From an uncultured Planctomycetales bacterium (lineage in GTDB: Bacteria; Omnitrophota; Gorgyraeia; Gygaellales; Profunditerraquicolaceae), in NCBI GenBank assembly GCA_964427405.1, contig CAYRUB010000009.1, positions 5,129 through 69,128 on the forward strand: a stretch of DNA of 64,000 bases, read 5' to 3'. The translations under genes were made by a program, and so were the position numbers. The notes under the pieces were generated by a model that saw only the letters and a program-made list of their open reading frames with translations, was not told the origin of the DNA and ran no database searches. Positions 30,116 through 39,018 of the stretch are shown here, one piece after another. Within the stretch, counting starts at the first letter, position 1. Each line of letters begins with the position of its first letter.

Positions 30116-31197
30116 TGAATAGTTTCGAGTCATTAGTAAGCCTGAATCTTATCCCACAGATAGGCAGTGTCCGCTTAGGGCATCTGCTTAAGTATTTTAA
30201 TAAGCCGCAAGAGATATTTAATGCCAGCCGCCAGAGCCTGGAGGCGGTTGTGGGCGGACGGATCAGCGAAAATATTGTTTCGTTTGACACCAGGAATTTA
30301 GATAATGATTTGGCTCAGGCCAAAAAAGCAGGCCTTGAGATTATTACGCTCTTTGACGAAAGGTATCCGCAAAACTTAAAGCCTATACCCGGTTTGCCGA
30401 TTGTGCTTTATGTTTCAGGTAAAATAACCGAGGCTGATAATTTAAGCCTGGGTATTGTCGGCTCTCGCCGGGCATCGCTTTATGGCCTAAGCAGCGCGGA
30501 GAAATTTGCCGCGGAGTTAGCTTTAAATAACCTGACTATTGTATCGGGAATGGCCCGGGGGGTGGATACTTATGCGCATCGCGGGGCGTTAAAAGCGGCC
30601 GGCCGCACGATCGCGGTGATGGGTAGCGGTTTTAATCACATCTATCCTTCGGAGAACCGTGGCCTGGCTGAGCAGATAGCCAAGAGCGGAGCAGTGGTTT
30701 CTGAATTCCCTATGGATACAAAGCCATTAGCGCAGAATTTTCCCCGGCGCAACCGTTTGATCAGCGGCTTGAGTTTAGGTGTTCTGGTTACTGAAGCAGC
30801 CAGGAATAGCGGGGCGTTAATTACCGTAGATTTTGCTTTGGAGCAGGGCAGGGAGGTTTTTGCTTTGCCGGGCAGAATTGATACCTGTACTTCGATGGGG
30901 ACTAATGAACTGCTTAAGCAAGGCGCTAAACTGGTTACCTGTAGCGAAGATATACTTGAGGAGTTGAATTCAGGTGTTTCTGTTAAAGATGAACAAGCTA
31001 ACCCGGAAATAGCAGAGAATATTGTATGCGCGGAAGAAGATATGCTTTATAATTGCATAAACCGCAATGCCCTGGCAATTGATGACTTGGTGGAAAAAAC
31101 ATCTTTAACCAGCAGCCAAATTTCAAGCCTGATTTTAAGATTGCAGTTTAAGAAATTAATCAAAGAATTGCCGGGCAAATATTTTATAAGGAGCTAA
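30115..31197 (+). CDS. dprA: DNA-processing protein DprA (Smf)
   Basis: Rossmann-like DprA core (LGIVGSRRAS, VSGMARGVDT) plus a C-terminal wHTH. Confidence 0.85.
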   Translation: MNSFESLVSLNLIPQIGSVRLGHLLKYFNKPQEIFNASRQSLEAVVGGRISENIVSFDTRNLDNDLAQAKKAGLEIITLFDERYPQNLKPIPGLPIVLYVSGKITEADNLSLGIVGSRRASLYGLSSAEKFAAELALNNLTIVSGMARGVDTYAHRGALKAAGRTIAVMGSGFNHIYPSENRGLAEQIAKSGAVVSEFPMDTKPLAQNFPRRNRLISGLSLGVLVTEAARNSGALITVDFALEQGREVFALPGRIDTCTSMGTNELLKQGAKLVTCSEDILEELNSGVSVKDEQANPEIAENIVCAEEDMLYNCINRNALAIDDLVEKTSLTSSQISSLILRLQFKKLIKELPGKYFIRS

Positions 31198-33201
31198 ATG
31201 AGTAAGAATCTGGTTATTGTGGAATCGCCTACAAAGGCTAAAACCATAGGCAAGATATTGGGTGCCGATTACACCGTGGTTTCTTCTATGGGCCATATTA
31301 TCGACCTGCCGCAGAAAGAGCTGGGCGTAGATATCGATAATAAATTTAAACCGGAATATGTGGTTATCCCGTCCAGGAAGAAATTAATGACTCAATTAAG
31401 AAAAGATGCCAAGGCAAAAGAAAAAATATATGTGGCTACCGATCCTGACCGTGAAGGTGAGGCAATCGGCTGGCAGATAAAGGAAAGGGTTTTTAAGGGC
31501 AAGGATGTTTTGCGGGTAAGTTTTCATGAGATTACTCCGCATGCGGTAGGCGAGGCATTTAAAGCCGCCCGTGAGTTTGATACCAATATGATTGAAGCCC
31601 AGGTAGGCCGCAGGGTGCTCGATCGTATTGTCGGATATTTCCTGAGCCCTTTGCTTTGGAAGAAACTTGCCCGCGGTTTAAGTGCGGGGCGCGTGCAATC
31701 CGTAGCCCTGAGGTTGATTGTAGAAAGGGAGCGGCAGATTCAGGCGTTTATCGCCAGTGAGTATTGGGAGATTGTTGCGGAGTTATTTAAACCCAAGGTT
31801 TCCGGGGAGAGTAATTTTTGCGCCAAGCTTGAGAAGATTGAAAATAAGAAAACAGAGATTGAAACTGAAAAAGACGCGCAGAATATTGTAAACGAACTGA
31901 AGGATAAAGAGTTTAAAGTTGTTGAAATTAAACAGACTGAAAAAAAGCGTTATGCCCCGGCGCCGTTTATTACCAGTACGATGCAGCAGGAGGCGTTTAA
32001 TAAACTCAGGTTTAATGCTTCAAAGACCATGATTGTGGCGCAGCAGCTTTATGAAGGGATTGATATCGGCGGGGATAATCCGTTAGGTTTGATTACATAT
32101 ATGCGTACAGATTCTCCGAATACTGCTCCCGAAGCCATTACTGAGGTGCGTGAGCATATCGGCAGGATTTTCGGCAAGGATTTTCTCCCCGAGAATCCCA
32201 ATGTTTTTAAGGCCAGGAAGTCCGCGCAGCAGGCGCATGAGGCAATCCGGCCGAGTTATATCTCGCGTTCACCGGAAAGCATGAAGGATTTTCTCACTCA
32301 TGAGCAGTTTCGTTTATATGAATTAATTTATAACCGTTTTTTAGCCAGTCAGATGAAACCCGCGGAGTTTCTTGCTACTGCAGTGGATATCGCCGCGGGA
32401 AAATATTTATTTGTAGCCAATGGCAGCCATTTACTTTTTGAAGGTTTTCTGGCAGCTTATAATAAGACCGAAGAGGAGGAAAAAGAGGGGGAGGAAGATG
32501 AGAAAGAAAAAAATAAGAATGTGATCCCTCCGCTTACGCAAGGCGAGGTCCTTGGCTTAAACAAGCTCACTCCTTCGCAGCATTTTACTAAGCCGCCTGC
32601 CAGGTTCTCGGATAGCTCTTTAGTTAAAGCGCTGGAAGAGGAGGGGATTGGCCGGCCTTCAACTTACGCTCCGATTATGTATACGCTTATTTTACGCGAT
32701 TATGTGCGCCGGATTAAAGGTTATCTTAATCCTACAGAGTTGGGTTTTAAGGTGATCGATATGCTGGTAGAATATTTCCCAAAGATTATAGATGTTAAGT
32801 TCACCGCGCTTATGGAGGAAAAACTTGACGAGATTGAAGAAGGCAGGCTTAAGCGCATTGAAGTATTAGAAGAGTTCTATGCGCCTTTTAAGGAGAGCTT
32901 GGATTTTGCCCAGGCAAATATTAAGAAGGAAGTTATAACTACTGACCAGCTTTGTGATAAATGCGGTAAACCTCTAATTGTAAAGTGGGGCAGGCGCGGA
33001 AAATTCTTAAGCTGTTCGGATTTTCCAACCTGCAAGAATTCAAAATCTATTACTTCGGGCGTTAAATGCCCTATAGAGAATTGCGGCGGAGAACTGATTG
33101 AACGGCGTTCAAAGCGCGGGTTTTTCTTTGGTTGTTCAAATTTTCCCAAATGCACATTTACCTCGCGGACATTGCCGCAAGATAAAGAAGAGGCTAAATG
33201 A
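31198..33201 (+). CDS. topA: DNA topoisomerase I
   Basis: TOPRIM N-terminus (LVIVESPTKAKTI), active-site Tyr region and C-terminal zinc ribbons (CDKCGKP..., CPIENCGG...). Confidence 0.9.
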   Translation: MSKNLVIVESPTKAKTIGKILGADYTVVSSMGHIIDLPQKELGVDIDNKFKPEYVVIPSRKKLMTQLRKDAKAKEKIYVATDPDREGEAIGWQIKERVFKGKDVLRVSFHEITPHAVGEAFKAAREFDTNMIEAQVGRRVLDRIVGYFLSPLLWKKLARGLSAGRVQSVALRLIVERERQIQAFIASEYWEIVAELFKPKVSGESNFCAKLEKIENKKTEIETEKDAQNIVNELKDKEFKVVEIKQTEKKRYAPAPFITSTMQQEAFNKLRFNASKTMIVAQQLYEGIDIGGDNPLGLITYMRTDSPNTAPEAITEVREHIGRIFGKDFLPENPNVFKARKSAQQAHEAIRPSYISRSPESMKDFLTHEQFRLYELIYNRFLASQMKPAEFLATAVDIAAGKYLFVANGSHLLFEGFLAAYNKTEEEEKEGEEDEKEKNKNVIPPLTQGEVLGLNKLTPSQHFTKPPARFSDSSLVKALEEEGIGRPSTYAPIMYTLILRDYVRRIKGYLNPTELGFKVIDMLVEYFPKIIDVKFTALMEEKLDEIEEGRLKRIEVLEEFYAPFKESLDFAQANIKKEVITTDQLCDKCGKPLIVKWGRRGKFLSCSDFPTCKNSKSITSGVKCPIENCGGELIERRSKRGFFFGCSNFPKCTFTSRTLPQDKEEAK

Positions 33202-33225
33202 ACTTTGTAAATTTCTCGCTCAGGT

Positions 33226-33256
33226 CGTGCTTTCGCAGAGGCGAAAGTACGACATT
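33226..33256 (+). terminator. Hairpin gtcgtgctttcgc-agag-gcgaaagtacgac downstream of topA. Further small GC hairpins follow up to about 33420.
   Basis: 13-bp stem (one G-U pair) read directly. No clear U-tract. Confidence 0.35.
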
Positions 33257-33428
33257 CGCTGCGAAATTTACCAAGTTCATTCTATGGTGTCTTTTAGGGG
33301 TGGCGAGTCTTGGACTCGAGCAGCATCTCAAAATTTGAACGGGCACGGTTGCCCCGCTAATAGTGTTAGGCAGAGCGAAAATTTTGCCGAAGCGTAGCGA
33401 GCCACGCTGGGGCGAGCAAGCGGTGCAG

Positions 33429-33473
33429 CGAGAGACAAGACTCGACAGGACCCGCTAAAACAGGATAGATAGG
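33429..33473 (+). repeat. Longest copy of the short intergenic motif (cgagagacaagactcgacaggacccgctaaaacaggatagatagg), ending 3 nt before the xerC start
   Basis: Aligns with the copies at 5503, 6770, 14469, 26650, 3004 and 2951(rc). Confidence 0.45.
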
Positions 33474-33475
33474 AT

Positions 33476-34345
33476 ATGGAAAAATATATTGAGAAGTTTG
33501 TACGCTATATGGAGATAGAAAAGAATTATTCCAGCCATACTGTTGTTAATTATAAATTAGACCTTAAGGATTACAGCAGGTTTCTTGCCGGTGCGGAATT
33601 AGAAAAGATAGATTATCTTTCTCTTAGGAAATATCTGGCGGTATTAAAAGAAAAGAATTTAGGTAACCGTACAGTTGGCCGCCGGCTTTCGGCTTTGCGC
33701 AGTTTCTTTAGGTTTTTGTCCCGTGAGGGATACATCAAAACAAATCCTATTCTTATGCTTTCCAGCCCTAAACTGGATAAGCATCTGCCTTCGTTTATGA
33801 CGGAAGAGGAAGTTAAAAAGCTTATTGAGTCAGCTTTTGCCAGGAACGGAACAGACATCTTGGGTTTACGCGACCGGGCAATTTTAGAGACATTTTACTC
33901 CAGCGGCCTGCGCATTTCAGAGCTGGTGGGGTTAAACTTAGACGATATTGATTTTATCAGCGGTATTGTAAAGATCAGAGGTAAAGGAAAAAAAGAAAGG
34001 ATTGTCCCGATCGGTGAAGCGGCACTTTTAACTATCAGAAAATATTTGGATAAAAGGAAAAAAGAGTCTTCCGCTGTATTCTTAAATAATAATTCTCGGC
34101 GCATTACTACGCGCGGGGTGCGCTATATTTTGGTAAAATACCTGCATTTGGCCGAGATAAAACCGGGGGTTTCCGCGCACACCTTCCGGCATTCTTTTGC
34201 TACGCATCTTTTAAACCGCGGGGCAGACCTGCGCACAGTGCAGGAGCTCTTGGGGCATGCGAATTTATCCACCACACAGATTTACACACATTTAACAACT
34301 GAAAAACTAAAAAGTGTTTATGATAAGGCGCATCCGCATGCATAA
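33476..34345 (+). CDS. xerC: Tyrosine recombinase XerC/XerD family
   Basis: Core-binding N-domain. Catalytic R...HxxR...Y pattern (ARTFRHSFATHLL, LLGHANLSTTQIYTHL). dprA-topA-xerC order as in Firmicutes. Confidence 0.8.
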   Translation: MEKYIEKFVRYMEIEKNYSSHTVVNYKLDLKDYSRFLAGAELEKIDYLSLRKYLAVLKEKNLGNRTVGRRLSALRSFFRFLSREGYIKTNPILMLSSPKLDKHLPSFMTEEEVKKLIESAFARNGTDILGLRDRAILETFYSSGLRISELVGLNLDDIDFISGIVKIRGKGKKERIVPIGEAALLTIRKYLDKRKKESSAVFLNNNSRRITTRGVRYILVKYLHLAEIKPGVSAHTFRHSFATHLLNRGADLRTVQELLGHANLSTTQIYTHLTTEKLKSVYDKAHPHA

Positions 34346-34375
34346 ATATAACAGGTAGGGGGTAGGGGAAGGTAG

Positions 34376-35647
34376 ATGTTTATATTTTATGACGTGATAT
34401 TCTTAATTTTTACGGCTGTATATTTGCCCATTTATTTGTTTAAAGGAAAATTTCATCATGGATTCTTTAGGCGGCTTGGATTTTTACCGGAGGGTCTGAA
34501 TCTGGACAGGCCGATTTGGATCCATGCGGTAAGCGTTGGCGAGGCTGTTTCCGTAAAGGGGTTGGTTGGCGAATTAAGAAAAGCTTATCCTCATAAAAAG
34601 TTAGTTATCTCTACTGTGACTGCCACGGGTAATAAAATCGCGCGAGGTTTAATCGGCGATGGCGACCTTCTGACTTATCTTCCGTTGGATTTTAGTTTTA
34701 TTGTAAGAAAAGTAATAAAGAAAATTAACCCATCCTTGTTTATCATCGCGGAAACAGAAATCTGGCCGAATTTAATTACCTGCCTGCATAAACAGAAAGT
34801 TCCGGTAGTTACGGTTAACGGCAGGATTTCCGATAGATCTTATTCCGGTTATCGGGCGATAAAATTATTGATCCGCCCGATTTTAAGGAAGGTCGGAAAA
34901 TTCTGCGTGCAATCCGAAACTGATGCCTTGAGATTAGTAAATTTGGGGGTAGATAAAGGGAATATTCAGGTTACAGGAAATGTCAAATTTGATATAAACT
35001 TAGAAGCAGCGGTAGGGTTTGATCCTTTAGCCGGCCGCAGGAAGCTTATGTTAGGTCTGGATGATAAATTATGGGTTTGTGGCAGTACGCATCCGGGTGA
35101 GGAAGAAATAATTATAAAGGCCTATAAGGAACTTTTGCTTAGTTTCCCAAAATTAAAATTACTTCTTGTCCCGCGTCATCCGGAACGCAGTAGGGATGTC
35201 GGCAGGTTGGTTTCGGGCAATTCCTTTATGCCGGTTTTTATTTCAAGCATATCCGGAGCATGCCCTACCTGCATTAATAACCCCGTATTTATTCTTGATG
35301 TTATGGGAGAGTTGCTTAACTATTATTCTGCCGCGGATTTTGTTTTTATCGGAGGCAGCCTGGTTAAGACCGGCGGGCACAATATACTTGAGCCGGCGAG
35401 CCAAAAAAAGCCGGTAACCTTCGGGCCGTATATGTTTAACTTTCGGGATATTGCTAAATTGTTCCTGGAAAATAAAGCTGCTGTTATGGTAGCTGATTAT
35501 CAGGATTTGGTAAATAAAGCAAAAGAAATATTGGCCAGTAATTTGCTGTCTAAACAAATGGTTGAGCGTGCCTATGAATTGATTATTAGGAATAAGGGGG
35601 CGACTAAAAAGAATATTGAGGTTATTAAACAGTTAATATTAGCTTAA
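34376..35647 (+). CDS. waaA: 3-deoxy-D-manno-octulosonic acid (Kdo) transferase
   Basis: N-terminal TM anchor. WIHAVSVGE motif typical of KdtA/WaaA. Confidence 0.85.
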   Translation: MFIFYDVIFLIFTAVYLPIYLFKGKFHHGFFRRLGFLPEGLNLDRPIWIHAVSVGEAVSVKGLVGELRKAYPHKKLVISTVTATGNKIARGLIGDGDLLTYLPLDFSFIVRKVIKKINPSLFIIAETEIWPNLITCLHKQKVPVVTVNGRISDRSYSGYRAIKLLIRPILRKVGKFCVQSETDALRLVNLGVDKGNIQVTGNVKFDINLEAAVGFDPLAGRRKLMLGLDDKLWVCGSTHPGEEEIIIKAYKELLLSFPKLKLLLVPRHPERSRDVGRLVSGNSFMPVFISSISGACPTCINNPVFILDVMGELLNYYSAADFVFIGGSLVKTGGHNILEPASQKKPVTFGPYMFNFRDIAKLFLENKAAVMVADYQDLVNKAKEILASNLLSKQMVERAYELIIRNKGATKKNIEVIKQLILA

Positions 35648-35659
35648 AGGGAGTCTAGC

Positions 35660-36130
35660 ATGAGCGGAGAAATTTATTTAACTCAGGAAGGTTATGAAAA
35701 ATTATCCGGGGAACTTGAATACCTGAAGACGGTTAAGCGCCGGCAGCTTTCCAAGGCGGTAGGCGAGGCCCGGGCGCACGGAGATATCAGCGAGAATGCC
35801 GAGTATGACGCGGCTAAGGATGCTCAGGGGCATAATGAAAAACAAATCGTAGAGCTTGAAGATAAGCTTTCCCGGGTGCGCATACTGGATAAAGATATTC
35901 CTCAGGATCAGGTTTTAATCGGTGCTAAAGTTAAATTAATGGATATGGATACAGAAGAAGAGATGGAGTATACGTTAGTTTCGGAATTAGAGGCAGATTA
36001 TAATCAAAATAAGATTTCGGTGACTTCTCCTGTGGGTGAGGGTTTGTTGGGGCATAAAGAGGGTGAGGTTGCCGAGATAAAGGTTCCGGCAGGCCTGTTG
36101 AAATATAAAATAATCAAAATATCGCGCTAG
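35660..36130 (+). CDS. greA: Transcription elongation factor GreA
   Basis: N-terminal coiled-coil with DISENAEYDAAK. C-terminal FKBP-like domain. Confidence 0.9.
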   Translation: MSGEIYLTQEGYEKLSGELEYLKTVKRRQLSKAVGEARAHGDISENAEYDAAKDAQGHNEKQIVELEDKLSRVRILDKDIPQDQVLIGAKVKLMDMDTEEEMEYTLVSELEADYNQNKISVTSPVGEGLLGHKEGEVAEIKVPAGLLKYKIIKISR

Positions 36131-36136
36131 GTACTT

Positions 36137-36574
36137 ATGGAAAAGTTTATGCAAGAGGCAATTAAGGAAGCGAAAAAAAGCTTGGGCCAGCGGGGAATTC
36201 CTATCGGAGCGGTATTAGTTAAAAACGGTTTAATTATCGCCAGGGGTCATAATCGGCGCATACAAAAGAGTTCAGTGATTTTGCACGCAGAGATGGATTG
36301 CCTGGAGAATGCCGGTAGGTTAAAAAGCGCGGATTACAAAAAGTGCGTTATTTATTCCACGCTTTCTCCCTGCGATATGTGCATGGGAGCAATCCTGCTT
36401 TATAAAATACCTAAGGTGGTAATCGGGGAGAATAAAACTTTTAAGGGGCCTGAGAGTTATGCAAGGAAGAGAGGGGTAAAGATCGTAAATTTAGATTCAG
36501 TGGACTGTAAACAATTAATGCAGCAGTTTATTAAAAATAATCCTGGTTTATGGAATGAGGATATCGGGAAGTAG
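36137..36574 (+). CDS. Yeast Fcy1-type cytosine deaminase (CDA-fold)
   Basis: LHAEMDCLENAGRL and SPCDMCMGAI zinc motifs. The C-terminal ...LWNEDIGK tail resembles the Fcy1 ...FEDIGE tail. Confidence 0.6.
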   Translation: MEKFMQEAIKEAKKSLGQRGIPIGAVLVKNGLIIARGHNRRIQKSSVILHAEMDCLENAGRLKSADYKKCVIYSTLSPCDMCMGAILLYKIPKVVIGENKTFKGPESYARKRGVKIVNLDSVDCKQLMQQFIKNNPGLWNEDIGK

Positions 36575-36577
36575 GCT

Positions 36578-36748
36578 ATGGAGCTTGAGAAGATTGGCCA
36601 CTTGAAAGTGCAGATTTTTAAGATCAAAAACCGCAAAGGCTATGCGGCTGTTTGCTTTGATCATCTTACTGAGGGCGCGTCAGCTCAGGAGGCTTATGCA
36701 CGTATGGTCAAAGCCTTGCGTCGGAGCAACAATAAAGACCTTATTTAA
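36578..36748 (+). CDS. Small HicB/UPF0150-like protein (56 aa). It is below the 60-aa cutoff and so absent from the ORF track.
   Basis: KGYAAVCFDHLTEGASAQEAYARMVKAL fits the HicB pattern GYxVxFPDLPGCxTxGxTxEEAxxxAKEAL. It overlaps in another frame the 5' part of the track ORF 36642..37181. Confidence 0.35.
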   Translation: MELEKIGHLKVQIFKIKNRKGYAAVCFDHLTEGASAQEAYARMVKALRRSNNKDLI

Positions 36749-36755
36749 TAAATAC

Positions 36756-37181
36756 ATGTTTAAACCTAAAACGCAATGTTTGAATTGTAAGGCTTCCGCC
36801 AGGTGCCGGGATACTGCTGTTTCCTGGGTATTCCTTTTTATCGGAGTAATCGCCACAATCTCCGTCAGGGTAGTAAACCTTGTTTTATCCTTCGGATTAT
36901 TCTGGCCAAAGTTTTTCTGGTATTTAGGCGTAGCGGGTTTCTTTTTGTATTTTCTCTATAAATTCAGGCAGGATAAGATATTGCGCCAGGAATTGGAAAA
37001 ATATCAAATCCATAATAAAATTTCGATCAACCAGGATTTAGATGCCAATGATAGGGAATTTCTGCGCACAATGCTTTGCAGCCTGCGTTCAAACAAAGAT
37101 GCTATAAATTATTTTTTTATTTTTTCCAGCTCTGCCATAGTTATGATCCTGGCGGTTTATCAGGATTTTATAAAGAAATGA
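36756..37181 (+). CDS. Hypothetical membrane protein with an N-terminal Cys-rich segment
   Basis: Internal ATG of track ORF 36642..37181, chosen to avoid overlap with the HicB-like ORF. Contains CLNCKASARC and then 3 TM helices. Confidence 0.35.
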   Translation: MFKPKTQCLNCKASARCRDTAVSWVFLFIGVIATISVRVVNLVLSFGLFWPKFFWYLGVAGFFLYFLYKFRQDKILRQELEKYQIHNKISINQDLDANDREFLRTMLCSLRSNKDAINYFFIFSSSAIVMILAVYQDFIKK

Positions 37182-38095
37182 AAACGAAAGATTGGATCTT
37201 ACTTTCGCGTATCCCGTTCTTAGGCGTAGTTATACTGCCATATCTTTTGGGTACGTTGCTTGCGCAGCGGCTTACGGGTGGATTTAGCTTGGTAGTTTTC
37301 TTGTTGGGTTTATTGGGTTCTGTCCTTATACAATTAGGCGCTCATTATAGCGGAGAGATTTACGATATCAGGGAAGATAGCCGCTCAGCAGTTTTAGGTA
37401 AAAACCCTTTTAGCGGCGGTAGCCAGGTGTTGGTTAGGAGATTAATTTCTGAGGACAAAGTAAAAATCCTGGCCTATGCGGTTGTTTTACTGGCTTTAGC
37501 AATAGGAGTGGTTTTACAGTTTTATTTTAAAACCGGAAAATGGACTCTTTTATTGGGTGTCTCAGGGGTAATCTGCGGGTTATTTTATTCTAAACCGCCC
37601 CTGCGCTGGGTGAGCCGGGGGCTGGGTGAGATTTTTATCGCTTATAGTTTCGGTTTATTAGCCGTAAATGCCGGTTTTTATATACAGGCATTCAGGTTTG
37701 ATATTTTAGCTGTTTTTGTTTCTCTGTCTGTTGCCTGCGCAGTGGCAAATATAATCCTGATCAATGAATATCTTGATTATGAGGCGGATAAAGAGGCAGG
37801 GAAAAATAATTTATTGGTACGCGTAGGCAAAATAAAGAGCGCTTTCATTTATGCCTTACTTGTTGTTTGCGCGGGATTGAGTTTTTTCCTCGCTTTAGCT
37901 AAGGGGCTGCCTGTGGTCAGCGTATTTTTTTATTTTCCGGTATTAATTACCTCTGTTATATTGGCTTTTTTAATGCTCAAAGGCGCGTATAAAAACAGGT
38001 TTATGCTCCAGGGTATGTGTGCAATGACTATTCTGGTTAATTTAGGGACGTCTTTATCTTGCATGCTGGGATTGTTTTTAGGCAAAGTAAGGTGA
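37178..38095 (+). CDS. UbiA-family polyprenyltransferase (MenA/UbiA-like)
   Basis: Multi-TM protein with the UbiA Asp-rich motif NEYLDYEADKEAGKNNL. The ATG at 37178 overlaps the previous stop by 4 nt (ATGA). The track ORF start at 37076 would overlap more. Confidence 0.6.
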   Translation: MKTKDWILLSRIPFLGVVILPYLLGTLLAQRLTGGFSLVVFLLGLLGSVLIQLGAHYSGEIYDIREDSRSAVLGKNPFSGGSQVLVRRLISEDKVKILAYAVVLLALAIGVVLQFYFKTGKWTLLLGVSGVICGLFYSKPPLRWVSRGLGEIFIAYSFGLLAVNAGFYIQAFRFDILAVFVSLSVACAVANIILINEYLDYEADKEAGKNNLLVRVGKIKSAFIYALLVVCAGLSFFLALAKGLPVVSVFFYFPVLITSVILAFLMLKGAYKNRFMLQGMCAMTILVNLGTSLSCMLGLFLGKVR

Positions 38096-38102
38096 AAAAC
38101 TA

Positions 38103-38579
38103 ATGAAAAATCATGATGAGAAATTTATGCGCTTGGCTATAGAAAAGGCCAGGCAAGGGGTAAGAAAAGGCCAGACGCCTTTTGGCGCCTGTATTGTAAA
38201 GGGAAATAAAGTTATTGCCTGTTGTCATAATCTCGTCTGGAAGAATACCGATATTACCGCGCACGCGGAAATAACCGCTATCCGCCTGGCCTGTAAGAGG
38301 CTTAAGAAAGTTGATTTAAGCGGCTGTGTTATTTATTCTACATGTGAACCCTGTCCGATGTGTTTTGCGGCTTGTCATTGGGCAAGGATCTCGCGCATTG
38401 TTTTCGGCTGCGCGATTAAAGATGCCGAGAAATATGGTTTCAATGAATTGAGGGTATCTAATCTTAAATTAAGGCAGTTGGCAAAAATTAAAATCAGCCT
38501 TACACCGTCAATATCGGTGAAGGAAAATATTAAACTTTTTGATTTTTGGCAAAAGCAGGCAAGGCCCAGGGCTTATTAA
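38103..38579 (+). CDS. Guanine deaminase (GuaD-type, CDA fold)
   Basis: TAHAEITAIRLACKRL ... YSTCEPCPMCFAACHWARI closely parallels B. subtilis GuaD. Confidence 0.65.
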   Translation: MKNHDEKFMRLAIEKARQGVRKGQTPFGACIVKGNKVIACCHNLVWKNTDITAHAEITAIRLACKRLKKVDLSGCVIYSTCEPCPMCFAACHWARISRIVFGCAIKDAEKYGFNELRVSNLKLRQLAKIKISLTPSISVKENIKLFDFWQKQARPRAY

Positions 38580-38634
38580 CTAACCTTGTAATATGTGCCT
38601 GGGTATGTTAGCATGCTTAAAAAATGAGGAATAA

Positions 38635-39018
38635 ATGTACAGGGTAGAAATTACACATAATCAGGATATGGCTTTTAGCGTTAAGGCAGGTGAAAGTGAA
38701 TTTCTTATTGATGCAAAAGGAAAAGGGGTAACTCCGCTGGATGCGCTTCTGGCGGGTTTAGGCAGCTGTATCGGCGTTTATATCCGTAAATACGCGGAAG
38801 GCTCAAAATTAAAGCTGGAGAATTTTAAGGTTAATGTTTCTGCCGAACTTTCCAGGGAATCCCCGTTATCCTTCAGGCAGATCAGCGTGGAGATAGATTT
38901 GAAATCCTGCTTAATTGATGAGCGCAGGCAAAGGGCGCTTTTGGAGTTTATTAAAAACTGCCCCGCGCACAATACTTTGAAATCAAACCCGCTAATTGAA
39001 TTTAAGTTAACATGTTAG
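38635..39018 (+). CDS. OsmC/Ohr family protein
   Basis: About 127 aa with an OsmC-like pattern including a conserved Cys (GLGSCIGVY). Confidence 0.7.
   Translation: MYRVEITHNQDMAFSVKAGESEFLIDAKGKGVTPLDALLAGLGSCIGVYIRKYAEGSKLKLENFKVNVSAELSRESPLSFRQISVEIDLKSCLIDERRQRALLEFIKNCPAHNTLKSNPLIEFKLTC

Noticed and set aside
33202-33475. tRNA or SRP RNA in the topA-xerC intergenic region
   Set aside because: No GTTCRANYC T-loop or D-loop and no cloverleaf could be built. No SRP domain IV motif. The region is better explained by small GC hairpins plus the short intergenic motif.
37076-37177. Upstream extension of the UbiA-family gene to 37076
   Set aside because: The ATG at 37178 forms a 4-nt ATGA overlap with the preceding gene. 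The extension is not membrane-like and overlaps the neighbouring gene out of frame.
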